A stretch of 63,869 bases of DNA, filler included, from Octopus bimaculoides (GCF_001194135.2; 7 parts of 6 records of this genome joined end to end with filler, not necessarily neighbours in it), one strand, 5' to 3'; counted from the first letter of the whole stretch, positions 1 through 12,635 are shown. The notes: generated by a model not told the origin, from the letters alone. Numbers and translations: made by a program.

Positions 1-29
1 TAATAATAATAATAATAATAATAATAAAT

Positions 30-583
30 GCCCTGATGCAGTACCAGGCAGTGGCTCTCATGGTTTCTGATCTTAATTGATTGGAAGTGTTATCATGTAC
101 ATTGTTTTGTCTTAGTATAAAAAGATGGGCTACAGCAAATATTCTGCTCAATACCACAGATTTGCTTGTCAGTTGTTTGACCTTAACCAGTTGAGCATGT
201 CCCTTAGTGGCTGACGATATGTGCATCTCTGATCATGAGCAGAAGTAGTGGGGGAGCATCATAGCCATGTGTTGAGAGGAATCGTTTGGGGTTTGAATAA
301 TTCACCTTTGGAGACATGAGTGTTTTGCTCAACATCCTTAAACAAACCTTATTCGGGGACCTTTTGAGCAGGATGGGCTACTCGATTTGAAGAAAATTCT
401 AACTAGGCCCCACCTGCGAGGTCATGCGCCGTTTTCTTGATATGAGATCACCATGTCGCGCACATATGGTTGCGATACATGTGTCTGGTGTACCTTTATC
501 AGACGGGTAGTCATGATGGGTATATTGGGCTTTGTATATTTTACCCCAATGTCACTTTGATGGCATGCACTGCTTTCTCACTC
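30..583 (+). mobile_element. ~555 bp non-coding interspersed element embedded in (AAT)n, copy 1 (strand assigned arbitrarily)
   Basis: Colinear with 46738-47290 (+) and the reverse complement of 45781-46335, with the same two boundaries (GCCCTGATGCAG... / ...CTCACTC) and (AAT)n on both sides. Confidence 0.85.
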
Positions 584-584
584 G

Positions 585-657
<73 letters not shown>

Positions 658-659
658 TA

Positions 660-1001
660 GTTTCAAATTTTACCACAAGGGCAGCAACTTTGATGGAGAG
701 GAGATAAATCGATTGTATCGATCCCAGTGTTCCACTGGTACTTAATTTATCGACCCCGAAAGGATGAAAGGCAAAGTTGACCTCAGTGGAATTTGAACTC
801 AGATCCTTTCTATTCTAGGCACAAGGCCTGAAATTTTGGAGAAAAAGACTAGTCGATTGCATCGACCGCGGTGCGTAACTAGTACTTTTTTCATCGACCC
901 TGAAAGTCAACCTCGGTGGAATTTAAACTCAGAAATTAAAAAAACGGTCGAAATCCTGTTAAGCATTTTGACCGACATTCTAACGATTCTGTCGGGTCGC
1001 C
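660..1001 (-). mobile_element. Two adjacent copies of tRNA-headed SINE family A (660-803 partial, 804-1001)
   Basis: Reverse complement of the recurrent motif GTTCTGAGTTCAAATTCC...CTTTCATCCTTTCGGGGTCGATAAATTAAGTACCAG, seen in roughly 20-25 full or partial copies in the window. Confidence 0.85.
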
Positions 1002-1227
<226 letters not shown>

Positions 1228-1539
1228 GTTGATTTTTCCTGATCTGATGGGTACGCACCCACTCCTCTGTTGGCACTCGGTCAGCATCTACTGAACCTAT
1301 TTATAGACTGGCGAAACCTAGCTGTAAGACCGCAAAGCTGTATTTCTTCCTCTTACTATCCACGTTCCCCCTCTAACTTAAATATGCCGACCCGTTGCAG
1401 CATCCACATCAGCAGCAGCAGTTACAATGATAATGATGATAACGACTGCACTGTTGCCATGCCCACAGAGGGTAGCAGCAGGAGCGACAGTGGTAATGCT
1501 GATCAACCATGGCTGCTGTAATGGCTTTGTAATGGTAGC

Positions 1540-1915
1540 AGTGATTGACCAACTCGATCGCACTGCGCAAAAGACAATGACAATGCATGGTGCACTCCAC
1601 CCTAAGGCAAATGTACACAGGCTCAACATGAAGAGAGGTAAGGGTGGACGTAGGCTGATTAACGTACAGGAGTGCATCAACAGTGAAAGAAGAAACATGG
1701 CAGAATATTTGGTAAACAGCAAAGAAAATCTGCTACAGGATGTTGCTAGTGCAGAAGGAGTTAACAAAAATGGACTTGAGAGTGCTCAAGAATTCTGAAC
1801 AAGAACAGCCAACGAAACAGAAGAAACCCTACTCCGTATGGAATAACATGGTCAGTTCCACCGTGAAACCAACAAATATCAAAGACAAGGAAGCATCATG
1901 GAGGTGGCCCAACAA
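1540..1915 (+). mobile_element. Decayed RLE-type (R4/Dong-like) non-LTR retrotransposon, region C-terminal to the RT core
   Basis: Translation QLDRTAQKTMTMHGALHPKANVHRLNMKRGKGGRRLINVQECI resembles the R4-type LDRxTRKxMTMxGALHPxxDVDRLYxxRxxGGRGL motif. Later frameshifted HGQFHRET and DKEASWRW segments also fit. Confidence 0.75.
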
Positions 1916-2325
1916 GGGTGTTAGAGAGGTGAACAGAGCAGGGATTCTTAAAATGCAGAGGTTTCATCATTCATCATGACAGATGCATGGAAAATAAACA
2001 CCAAAGTAAACTGTGAACACCAAATTCTTGCTAAATTTTAAAACTAAATAATGACTGCTTAGTTGGATCGGTTACATATGCATCCGATAGAGTGTAGTGG
2101 TTGCATAGATAACAGGAAAAAAAATGTGATACTATATGCGAAAACAAAGATCTAGACATCCCTTTGTACTAACAATGCTGTTTTATCACAATGGAAAGAG
2201 TGATATCTTCGAACTTGTCAAAAGCATTGGGATCTCTAGTTTCAAGCTAAAGAAGGGCATATTTCGCAGTGCAAGTTGTATGTTTCTGTATTCATATATG
2301 CAGCATACACATATGGGTGCGTGTA

Positions 2326-2360
<35 letters not shown>

Positions 2361-2370
2361 NNNNNNNNNN

Positions 2371-2408
<38 letters not shown>

Positions 2409-3309
2409 GTCTCTGTTGCATTTACGTCTTCTTGCTTAAGGAAAGACGCCATAAAATAAGGATAATCCCTTATAAATACAATCTAGTTGTAATCTACTGT
2501 CGATACTAGAATTCCACGCTTGGAATCAAAAATATATCAAATCCACAAATGGCGGTCATTGTCTAAGGAAACAGACATGAGTCATTTGATTCATTGATAT
2601 ATTTATTTATTGGTTAAATTTCTATTGGGGAAGAATTGTTATTTGATTTGAGGTGACATCTATATTCATTTGTTTCGGATTTCACGGTGACAAGTTGTCA
2701 TATATATGTCAGCAAGATTTCGGTTAGTTTCTTAACTCAAGGAACTTCTAGAACTGCAACTTAGAAATTACGCAGTAGAATTTTTACGACGTTTCCATTT
2801 TAGCTTTGGCAACGAGAACATTTCTTTATCGCGTTATTGATATGTATGTTGAGGCCGCGATAATATTTTAGTTAAGCGTGATCATAGACAGACATACACA
2901 GACATATATTTGTATACATCTCTCAGCCATTGTCTCTCCGGCTGTCTTTTGCTACCTGTCTGTCTGTCTTTTATGCGTCAACACCTAAACAGCTCTTGGG
3001 TACACACACACACACCCACATACAGACACACACACATATAAATACATATATATATACATATGCAAATATATATACACACACACGCGCACACAAACACACG
3101 CGCACACAAACACACGCATGCACACACAAACACACACACATACATATACACACATATACATATGCATATATATGTGCATATACATATATACAAAAATTTG
3201 AAAATCCTACAAGACTAGGTGAAAAGCGCTTTGTAAAATATGTGACATATTAATAAAAATCTGTAAATGTACAACCATCCAGATTTCTGAGTACCTTAAT
3301 TTTTTTCTA

Positions 3310-3340
<31 letters not shown>

Positions 3341-3350
3341 NNNNNNNNNN

Positions 3351-3428
<78 letters not shown>

Positions 3429-3919
3429 AAACTACTACTACTTGTCACCCAGTCTTCAATTGGTGACACTATGGGATTCCGGAACTCCACAGTGTTTTGA
3501 TGATTTCCCAGTTCTAACAAACTAGCAGTAATCTGCTAACTGGACTAGTTGACCTCGACTGAACGTTGCCTGAAAAGGATCTTCCTCCCAGAATGCGTCA
3601 TGTAGTTTCGCCAAATGAAGATCATACATACAATACACCCAACTTCTCATCACTATGATTTCGCGTCCTTGAATCGCGGACTTTATTAGCATCGAGGTTA
3701 ACTTCTCTATATACACACTGTTAGATGGTCTTTAACTCTCTTAAGAGTTCCTCCGCCTTTTGATATGTTTACGTAAATTCAATCTCGAGTGCTACTAGTA
3801 ACATGTGACCCAGTACAATCTGTCGCACAGTCGGGTCGTCGGCGACTAAACCGGCAACCCCATGAAACTAGCTTGGTGAAGAGGGTATTTTGGGCACCCT
3901 GGGGGATGGTATTTATACA

Positions 3920-3954
<35 letters not shown>

Positions 3955-4608
3955 GTATATACGTATATGTATGTTTATNNNNNNNNNNNNNNNNNNNNNN
4001 NNNNNNNNNNNNNNNNNNNNNNNNNNNNNNNNNNNNNNNNNNNNNNNNNNNNNNNNNNNNNNNNNNNNNNNNNNNNNNNNNNNNNNNNNNNNNNNNNNNN
4101 NNNNNNNNNNNNNNNNNNNNNNNNNNNNNNNNNNNNNNNNNNNNNNNNNNNNNNNNNNNNNNNNNNNNNNNNNNNNNNNNNNNNNNNNNNNNNNNNNNNN
4201 NNNNNNNNNNNNNNNNNNNNNNNNNNNNNNNNNNNNNNNNNNNNNNNNNNNNNNNNNNNNNNNNNNNNNNNNNNNNNNNNNNNNNNNNNNNNNNNNNNNN
4301 NNNNNNNNNNNNNNNNNNNNNNNNNNNNNNNNNNNNNNNNNNNNNNNNNNNNNNNNNNNNNNNNNNNNNNNNNNNNNNNNNNNNNNNNNNNNNNNNNNNN
4401 NNNNNNNNNNNNNNNNNNNNNNNNNNNNNNNNNNNNNNNNNNNNNNNNNNNNNNNNNNNNNNNNNNNNNNNNNNNNNNNNNNNNNNNNNNNNNNNNNNNN
4501 NNNNNNNNNNNNNNNNNNNNNNNNNNNNNNNNNNNNNNNNNNNNNNNNNNNNNNNNNNNNNNNNNNNNNNNNGATATATATATATAGATAGATTGATAGA
4601 TAGGTGGG

Positions 4609-4639
<31 letters not shown>

Positions 4640-4736
4640 TCTTATACATATGTATACAGATATATATACACACGCACACATATACATACGCACACATACA
4701 TATAGAGAAACAAACGTGCGTACATACATACATACA

Positions 4737-4768
<32 letters not shown>

Positions 4769-5139
4769 CCACATTTTATAAGCCCAGCAAAATACAGAGA
4801 GAGTGACACCAGGAACGACAAGGTAACGGTGGGGCTGACAATATGATGGCAGCAGTTGTGGTGGTTGGGTCACTAGCACCAGCAATACTGATTAGAGTGG
4901 CGTTGAATTAGAACGTGAAGATTGAAAGGGAAGTGCTTAGGGATGATGATGAAGATCATAACGGTTTAGGACGGTCCTAAGAAGGCAGCAGGGGTAGCAG
5001 ACGATGAAGAGAATATAGACAAATAAGATTGTGTTACATGTAAATATGATGAGGATGGTGTAGATAATGGTGATGATGATGATGATGATAATGAACGTCG
5101 TCCTCGTGATCATGTATTCTGTGGTGGGGATTCATAGTG

Positions 5140-5520
5140 AAGAAGCTGAGTGTTACTCTAGAAAAAAATTGCTATGATAATGGACATATTCCAATGGCCC
5201 AAGAGATGTTTTACAGAGGCGTATGCCATATTGCACTCAACAGCTGCAACTGTGGCTCCCTAAATAGGTTACGAAAAACCTATGCAACATCATCCAGAAA
5301 TCAAGTCTTCAAATCACTGTAGAAGACAGTTTCATTAAGGCCAACTTTCTAGAGATGATTCTAGACCCTTCTGTCTTTACTACTTTATCACAAACGTAAA
5401 GAATCTTTGCTCAACATACACTTGCCCTCAACCAGCCTACAGATATAATCAACTACTTAGTATCAAAGATTTCCTGAGAGATTTTCCTATCCTTCCGACA
5501 AAAGGTAAAACAATGCATTT
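5140..5520 (+). mobile_element. Decayed Penelope-like element reverse transcriptase fragment
   Basis: Frameshifted translations FYRGVCHIALNSCNCGSLNRLRKT (cf. LYRDDGL..NGPxLDRLRK) and LQITVEDSFIKANFLEMILDP...LNQPTDII (cf. LKITIE...NFLDVTLDL...SNHPPxII). Recognised by eye. Confidence 0.55.
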
Positions 5521-5549
5521 CTCAACTGACTGCTAAAATCCTCTTTATA

Positions 5550-6900
5550 GCGGCCACTCCTAGACAACTAACACGCGTTTCAAATTACAATTTGGAAATC
5601 TACTAACATATGCAAGTGCTTCAATGATTATTGGCATAAATGTAAAATTATAACCAGGGCAGAGGGGTTGCAGGTTGAGAAGTAGTTGTCTATAAATATT
5701 CTCCTTCTCGTTGATCTTCAAAGAGATGTTCACGTCTTCTGGACAGCTAACCTCTGTTACTGTATATGATTTTTCTTTCCAGTTACGAGTAACTGTATGA
5801 GGCATAATGTTTGACCGAGGCAGAAGTTTAGATGGAAATATTCCGCAATTATTCCTTGTGTTGATATATATCTCTGTATTTTATAGAAACAGTGTTGTTT
5901 ATACTTATCGCAAGGCAGACGTTTCTGCAGATGGAATTGTATATCATTTAAACAGCATCATGTTTAAGCAGGAGATGGAATATTGGAAAACTGATGATTA
6001 CATCTGTTATGTCTTCCATATAAGTAAGTGTGGCATAATTGACACTTGCGGTAGTATTGTGGGAGTTTAAGGAGTATAATGTTCCGTTTCTTTATTAGAT
6101 GTTTCATAGGTATCTCCACAGAATGCAAAAACGTAACCTTTTCTTCTGGAAGAGTCTGTGTCAATATCGCTGTTTCTGCGGAAATTTGCAGCAGAAGTTA
6201 AGATTATGCGTGTTTTAATGTCTATGGAGTTGATTTCTCCGGAAGATGAACGAGCACAATAAATGCTTTGTGGGATGTTGTCATACTGTAAAAAGAAAGA
6301 TCTGACTGATATATGTCTAAATTTGACATAATATATATTGGTCAGTCTATCTTTGTACACAGCACCTTTATATGCTATATTTTCATCAATATTTCAGTAT
6401 TTGTATCACTAGTTGTGCAAATTAAGAGACATACAGAAACCTGACATGCAAACATTTGGAGTTTTGGCTTACACATTTTTCGCCTTCAATTGCTAAATAT
6501 GAGCATTTCTCTAGTCCAAACTTCATTTTTATATCAGCACTACATATTGTGATTAAATCCGGCTGTTTTCGGCACTGTCAATATTTCGAACATAGATCCT
6601 TTAATCATCCTCGAAGAAATCATAGCTATTCTTTCTGTTTCTTGCTGTTGTATACACTAGACCATAGTCTATGCACATACATTAGAACATAGTTCTTACA
6701 AAGAAATGACAACGGATTTAGGCCAAAATAAATAGATGTACCGACAGATTGTCGACTTGTAATATTCCTGAGGAAATAAAGATGATCCTTTCACTGTATT
6801 TATAAGTGTGAGGATTGTTGACCAGGTTTTCACGAGCCTTTCTATGATGGATACTAAGGCAGTAGTTACTTTTACCAGTTGAACTGATTCCAATAGTCAT
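5550..6900 (-). mobile_element. Decayed RLE-type (R4/Dong-like) LINE: RT, CCHC knuckle and restriction-like endonuclease, in the expected order
   Basis: Minus-strand segments GILQVDNLSVHLFILA (QGDxLS motif), FFEDD*RIY (catalytic DD), IDIKTRIILTSAANFRRNSDID, KCQLCH..EDITDVIIS..KHDAV (CCHC/RHD) and VTEVSCPEDVNISLKINEKENIY (PD-(D/E)xK nuclease). Many stops and frameshifts. Confidence 0.8.
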
Positions 6901-7241
6901 TTGTTGGGAAGGGAATCAAATACCTGTTTGTAATTAAGTCATAGTACACAAAGTTCCTACCGTCAGCGTTGGATCAACCATTAAGCAAAATAAGCACGTG
7001 TTTAGGGCATCAAGGGACGAGGGAGGAACCACAGAGATGAAAATGGTTCACAGCATGAAAGAAATCACTTTAAATTTGCTGGAATAATATTCGTAATGCC
7101 TTATCTCTTCTAAGTATAGAAGCAGAAGATTTACGTTAAATTAATTTTAACGATATCATCGAAGACTTTGCAATAGAAATAAAAACAATATCGGGGTCTC
7201 ATTCTTTTGTTGTTACGTTCTATCTATCTATCTATCTATCC

Positions 7242-7277
<36 letters not shown>

Positions 7278-7535
7278 CTTCTCACGGACGTGCTGTCACA
7301 TCGGCTGCGAAGGTAAACGTTTATTTGACCTTTTACTGTCCACATTTTGTTGGAATTTTTTAATAATTTTGTTGCGAAGCACCTAGGCTTCATTTGTGTG
7401 TATTTTCAAGGGCAGGAATTGACCCCCAGGGGCAGTTTCGGCCCTAGNNNNNNNNNNNNNNNNNNNNNNNNNNNNNNNNNNNNNNNNNNNNNNNNNNNAT
7501 AATTTCGATCAAAAAGGATCGCGGGAAGAAAAAAA

Positions 7536-7586
<51 letters not shown>

Positions 7587-7599
7587 TTTATTTATTCTT

Positions 7600-7810
7600 T
7601 TATCCGTTTCAGTCATTTGACTGCGGCCTAACTGGAGCACCGCCTTGAAGGATTTTAGTCGAAAAAATCGACTCCAGGACTTACTTTTCAAGCCCAGAAC
7701 TTATTCTCTCTCTCTCTTTTACCAAATTCCTAAGTTACAGGAACGCAAACACACCAACACCAGTTGTCAAGTGGTAACGGGTGGAACAATACCGACACAC
7801 AGACACGCAC
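7600..7810 (-). mobile_element. 3' tail of SINE family C
   Basis: Matches 33312-33495, 49815-50030 and 58093-58215 (TTTCAGTCATTTGACTGCGGCC..CTGGAGCACCGCC). Confidence 0.8.
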
Positions 7811-7847
7811 ATACATATTTTGAAATATAGGTCAAAATTTTATACCC

Positions 7848-8760
7848 GTGGTCAATGATGAGTTCTTGTCATTAGCTCTTACCATTACGCAATTTACGAC
7901 ATCTTTGGCAAATTTTATATGGCGACTGAAGGAGGATAAAACAAAGTACATCATTAATTGGTCTATAGTGAGACATGCAAAACCATACAATATAATTTCC
8001 AGGAGATGTTGTCTCTGCTCCGAGGAATCCCTGTCTATTCTGTGGACTAATGAGAAGATACTTAATAGAATTTCTGAACGACTATCGAGACACTTATACG
8101 CACATAAATGTAATTTCGCACAATGCAGTGAGAATGAACTTTGAGTAAACCCGTTAACTTAATGTAATTTAATTTACTTTAAGGTATGGACGACTTAACT
8201 TTACTTTTACCCTCCCCATTCTTCTAAACACTAAGTAAATAACTAACTCGCTTTGTGATCATGAGTACATCAAACCTCGCGTGTGCATATGTTCACATTT
8301 TTGCTGATGCTTTTATGAGCGTGTGTACTCGTGCCATGTAGCTTGCCCGAGGCGTTTATACATCCATATCTGTTAACGGTTATTTTCAATACTTTTCTCG
8401 ATGGACTACGTGTTCGTTTCTCTTTTTGTCTTCTGCAATTTTATTTTTGATGTTCTATATATATGAAAGTTTTCCCTCCGTCTGGCTGTTTTTCTCTCTA
8501 CAAAACAGTAAGTTACATTGTAGAACAGTCATTTTAACGAGTTGTTTTTATTTATCTATCACCCGACGAGATACATCTGCACCACTGAATGCTGCTGAAC
8601 CAGTTGTTGAGTGTCCCACAAGAGGAATCGATGCTAGATGTGTCGAAACAATTGTCGTGAAAAATAATAAATTCTCGTATATTCCATCTTCTGTCTTTCA
8701 TTTGTTATATATACATATATATCTTACTTGTGTCAATTGTAACTTTAATCAGGTTAAACA
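7848..8760 (+). mobile_element. 5'-truncated Penelope-like element: C-terminal GIY-YIG endonuclease half plus 3' region
   Basis: TTSLANFIWRLKEDKTKYIINWSIVRHAKPYNIISRRCCLCSEE..LNRISE matches the C-terminal half of PLE GIY-YIG domains. A hammerhead-like GAAACAATTGTC lies at 8645-8656. The 3' boundary is uncertain. Confidence 0.75.
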
Positions 8761-10223
8761 ACAATATTAACCACTAGGAAACAATGTAGATGAACATGTA
8801 CACGGGCAAGTTATCGGTTGAAGCCATTTCTGTCTACTCATTCTCTTGAACAATCTCAGTTGACTGGTGACAATAACAAAATACCCATATACACCACAAC
8901 TATAACAATCAAATATTTAGGAAATAGATACTATAGTTAATTTATTCATGTTTGTCACATATACAGGCCAGTTAATGATAAATGGCTGGCCCTATCATAT
9001 TTTATGAAATGCAAACTGCAACATCCAGCATTGTTTTCAATACAGAAGTGTTTAACTTGTGAAACGCTAGATAGCTTGAGGCATATTCGTGTGATCAGTT
9101 CAAAAATTGTCATCTAATTGCAGTTTTGCAAAAGTCAGTAAACCTCACTAAAATATTGTATCATGCAATAATCAGAAAAGTAAATTTAGGTAAAGGAACT
9201 CTATAAAAGGAAATAGAAATACGTTTTTATGATTAAAAAAAGAAATTTAATTCAATTTGATTGATGAATTACTTTGATAAAAACCGGTATTTCTTAATTC
9301 AATATTTCCATTTTTTTTAAATCGACCGATGAATTTTATAAAATAATCTCAACTGGTTTTTTAAAGAGCAAAAGAAGAGTTTTGTGCGAATTTTCTATTT
9401 GTTAATATCACCTCATTCCATTTTTTTTTTAATACATTCTTTGTGTTTGTGAACGATGTTGGCAGCAGAAATTAGAGGCTACCATATCACTTTGAGATAA
9501 TTAAAAAAAAAAAAACGTTTCCAACAGTAAAACCCACAAGAAATTTTTAAATTTCAGTTAGACTTACATTAAAATTTCTTTTTTCTTTTTGAAGAATTCT
9601 GGTGAACAATAACATTTAACACTGGCATTATTTCCCGTTTAGAATTTAAAAAAAATTAAAATGCAGGGAACTTCCATAAGAATAGTTTTAAATTGATGCG
9701 TTTCAAAGAGAAAATACTAAAATACTAAACAGGACGAATTTCCGATAATTAGATTTTGACAAGAAAAAGTTGAATGAAACCTAAGTGGATGGATTTTAGT
9801 ATTTTTCTTAAACTGAGTTAGTTTAAGGAAACGATTACATGTTATTTAGACAGCCGTTGACGGGTATTATTGTTCATGTATTTTTATAGAGAATCAATTC
9901 TTACATTCTTTGAAAATATGTCGTCAGCAAACATCTTCTGTACCAATAAATAAATCTATTTTGCAGACGATAAACGATTGCTAATGAAAAAAATAGACAA
10001 AGAACTAAATGTGAAGTTACTTTGCAGTTTAAAAATTTAAATTGCATCATTGAATATAATTCGATTTTTATCCTGTGTATATGCTTCATCTAAGGTGAAG
10101 CTATTATCTGCTTAGTTGCCACAATGATGATAAATATTAGACCAACCTAATCTGTAGTGTAGATTTTTTTTTAAATCCCTAATGAATTAAATTAATATAA
10201 TCCAATTGATTAGATTTATAATA

Positions 10224-11037
10224 CAGTAGAACCTGTATTTTGCTGCACTGCCGAGTAATTTGCTGTACGAGCAGAGGTTCATACGAATTTTTATCTCGAA
10301 GTACAAGTGGAAATCCGTTGTACGATCCAATTTCATACAAGCAACCGCTAGTCGGCGATGAGCTCACACATGTCATCCAAACAAGCGCAGCTTTCGCTCG
10401 CTCAGTTAACGTTTTTCTCTCGTAAGGGCAGTATCTTTGTTGTGTTTTTCCCACTGTTTTTGTTAAGTATTGTGCAACTTTTGCTATAATATTATAATAA
10501 TTAGTTGCGCTAGGCATACGTCCTAAGAAGACTAGCGCAAAGGACAGTGCTGAGAAGAAAAGCTTAAATTAAGCGAAGTGAGAGAGAAAACGCTAAAAAT
10601 TGTTCTTCCTAAAGTCTTAATGGAAGGAGATTCGCCTACCAAACTGTAATCATCCTCCTCACCGTTCTATCGTCTTCCTCGCGCACAAACCGTCCCATCT
10701 CTAAGGTAATTTAGTTAATAAAACCAGTTTACATATTCCTTTTGAACTCTCCTTTTTATAATCGTCATTTTACTTGTAATTACGTCTTTTCTGTTTTAAA
10801 ATTCATAAAATACTTTTGGGTGGTTTTGGGGGACTGGAACGGATTAGTTATAATTTAGTTAATTTCAATGGGGAAAATTGATTTGTAAAACGAGTAAATT
10901 GTAAAACAAGCTCGGTCATGGAACGAATTAAAATCGTTCTGCAAGATATCACTACATTGTAATATCATATTCTACACATTCTAGAGTGTTAAATCATTTA
11001 TCGTGTCGAATTAAACTCGTACTGCGAGATATCACTG
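10224..11037. mobile_element. Non-autonomous Tigger/pogo-like DNA transposon with duplicated right end
   Basis: TA + CAGTAGAACCT at the left end; GGAACGGATTA..TTCAATGGGGAAA..GCTCGGTCATGGAACGAATTAAA and GAGATATCACTG at the right end. These resemble Tigger-type MITE termini from memory; no intact ORF. Confidence 0.5.
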
Positions 11038-11090
11038 CATTGTAATATCATATTCTACACATACTATAGAGTTAAATTATTTATCGTGTG
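10925..11090. repeat. 83 bp tandem duplication (2 diverged copies)
   Basis: GAATTAAA..GATATCACT.CATTGTAATATCATATTCTACACAT..TTTATCGTGT at 10925-11007 and 11008-11090. Confidence 0.9.
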
Positions 11091-12049
11091 GAATTATCAA
11101 AACATGCAAATAAAAGATGGTATGCTTTCTTACTTTTTCAGTTTGAGAGTAAAGGTATAAACGGTATGGAATCAAGGTTACATAGAATAGATATTGTTGC
11201 AATAAAAGGCTCTAAGTTTTTCAAACAGCAGACACTAATTGGTTGAATCTTAGCTTTATGCTTCTCTCAAAACTATTATCCTGGTTTGTATAAAAGATTA
11301 ATTATTGAAGTAAATATAATCTTCTCAAAGCGTATGTTATTGGTCTTGAATAAACCAATCAGAAAATAAAAAAATCTGGTACTCATTGGCACTTCAAGGA
11401 GTTGGTTGAGATGACTCTAATTTTCCGGGTCTCTCGAGCGATTCCGAATAACACTTAACAGGTCAATTCTCTTTGGAGACTGGCGTGTCATATCGGGTAC
11501 AAACTGGGAAACTACGTCTTTTACACTTACCCAGTTGAACTTCCCAATCGAAACAGAGTTGAAATTTTCATATATCTTACATCAAAAGACACGGCGTTAT
11601 TTTTATATGTCACATATTTTATTATCCCACCTCCAAACTTAAGATTCATTTGAATTAATTTTCACTTTTCTTGGTATATACATATGTTTTCGGACGATTA
11701 CAATCCCTGTCAGCGTATATGTATACAATTATTTACTTTGATTACAGTATTAGAGAATTTTAGGTCTTATTTCTTGCAATGTAGGTATTTCTAAAACCCT
11801 ACTAACATCTAATGACAATTATAGTTTTCCCTCTTGGTAAAACATTGCAGACTGCAGTCTACATTAATTTCTACATATATATATATATGACTGTGGATTT
11901 TCATGGATGAGTTCAGGAATTGTGGGTTTTTTTCTCTAAATTATATATTTATATATTATATATTGTGAAACTTAATTTAATTTTAATTTTGATAAATTAA
12001 ATTAAATTGAGTTTTTACCTGTAAATTTGGATATATATATTTGGATATA

Positions 12050-12260
12050 TATATTCAATCCAAACATGAACAAGCAAGAAAAAACACGAAAAAGCTACGA
12101 CGCGAGGACGTGGAGTAAGTACAGTGTTATTAGACGCTCATTAAAGGAAAGAAAAGAGGATTTCACGTTTCGAGCGGAGCTCTTCATCAGAAAAATAGAA
12201 AAAGTTCAAAGAAGGGAAGACGGAGAAAGAAAATCTCCAACGATAGACACGCGGTCATAT
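12050..12260 (-). mobile_element. Penelope-like terminal (pLTR-like) fragment carrying a minimal hammerhead motif
   Basis: Reverse complement of 12165-12190 reads CTGATGAAGAGCTCCGCTCGAAACGT. The flank GAGGACGTG..TATT.GACGCTCA..AAAGGAAAG recurs at about 62829-62875. Confidence 0.6.
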
Positions 12261-12309
12261 ACATATATGTATGTATGTATGTATGCATGTATGTATGTAT
12301 GTATTGCAC

Positions 12310-12635
12310 AGAGGATATTATGCCACCGACATTGCCACCTTAACATCAGGTTCAGAATTCAGCTAAGTCTGGGGTCACGTGCCATACGCCTCCTATACAA
12401 CTTTGATTTACAACACAAATTCACTGCATCCAAATTTCTGTTCCTCAACATACTATTTAACATTATCAAAGAAGAATAAGATCGCTTCATCTTCAAACAA
12501 AAGCTGGACAACTTTCTTCAAGGGATACCAGATAAGCCACCCATACCTAGATACATCTCAGTCAAAAACAACTCCCTACTTAAACGGGCCAGGATAACAC
12601 AAATTTTAATTTACAATTGACATGGCCTGGGTCAA
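12310..12635 (+). mobile_element. 3' end of a CR1-group LINE ORF2
   Basis: GSRAIRLLYNF...*DRFIFKQKLDNFLQGIPDKPPIPRYISVKNNSLL matches the GPRLFNxLP...FKxKLDxFLxxIPDxP..NSL terminus of CR1/L2-group elements. Confidence 0.75.

Noticed and set aside
1285-1332. Hammerhead-like CTGA...CTATTTATAG-ACTGGC-GAAAC-CTAG-CTGTA
   Set aside because: Requires assuming deletion of half the core and of stem II; too degenerate to support.
3790-3905. GC-rich hairpin-prone stretch tested as an HDV-like ribozyme or LINE 5' end
   Set aside because: I could not build the nested double pseudoknot by hand on either strand.
3779-4885. Long ORFs spanning N runs (also near 15.0-15.9, 48.8-49.6, 58.8-59.3 and 62.8-63.7 kb)
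   Set aside because: Their length comes from N gaps and dinucleotide repeats.
9700-10100. Possible decayed DNA-transposon coding sequence on the minus strand
   Set aside because: Only a vague motif resemblance with many stops; I cannot assign a family.
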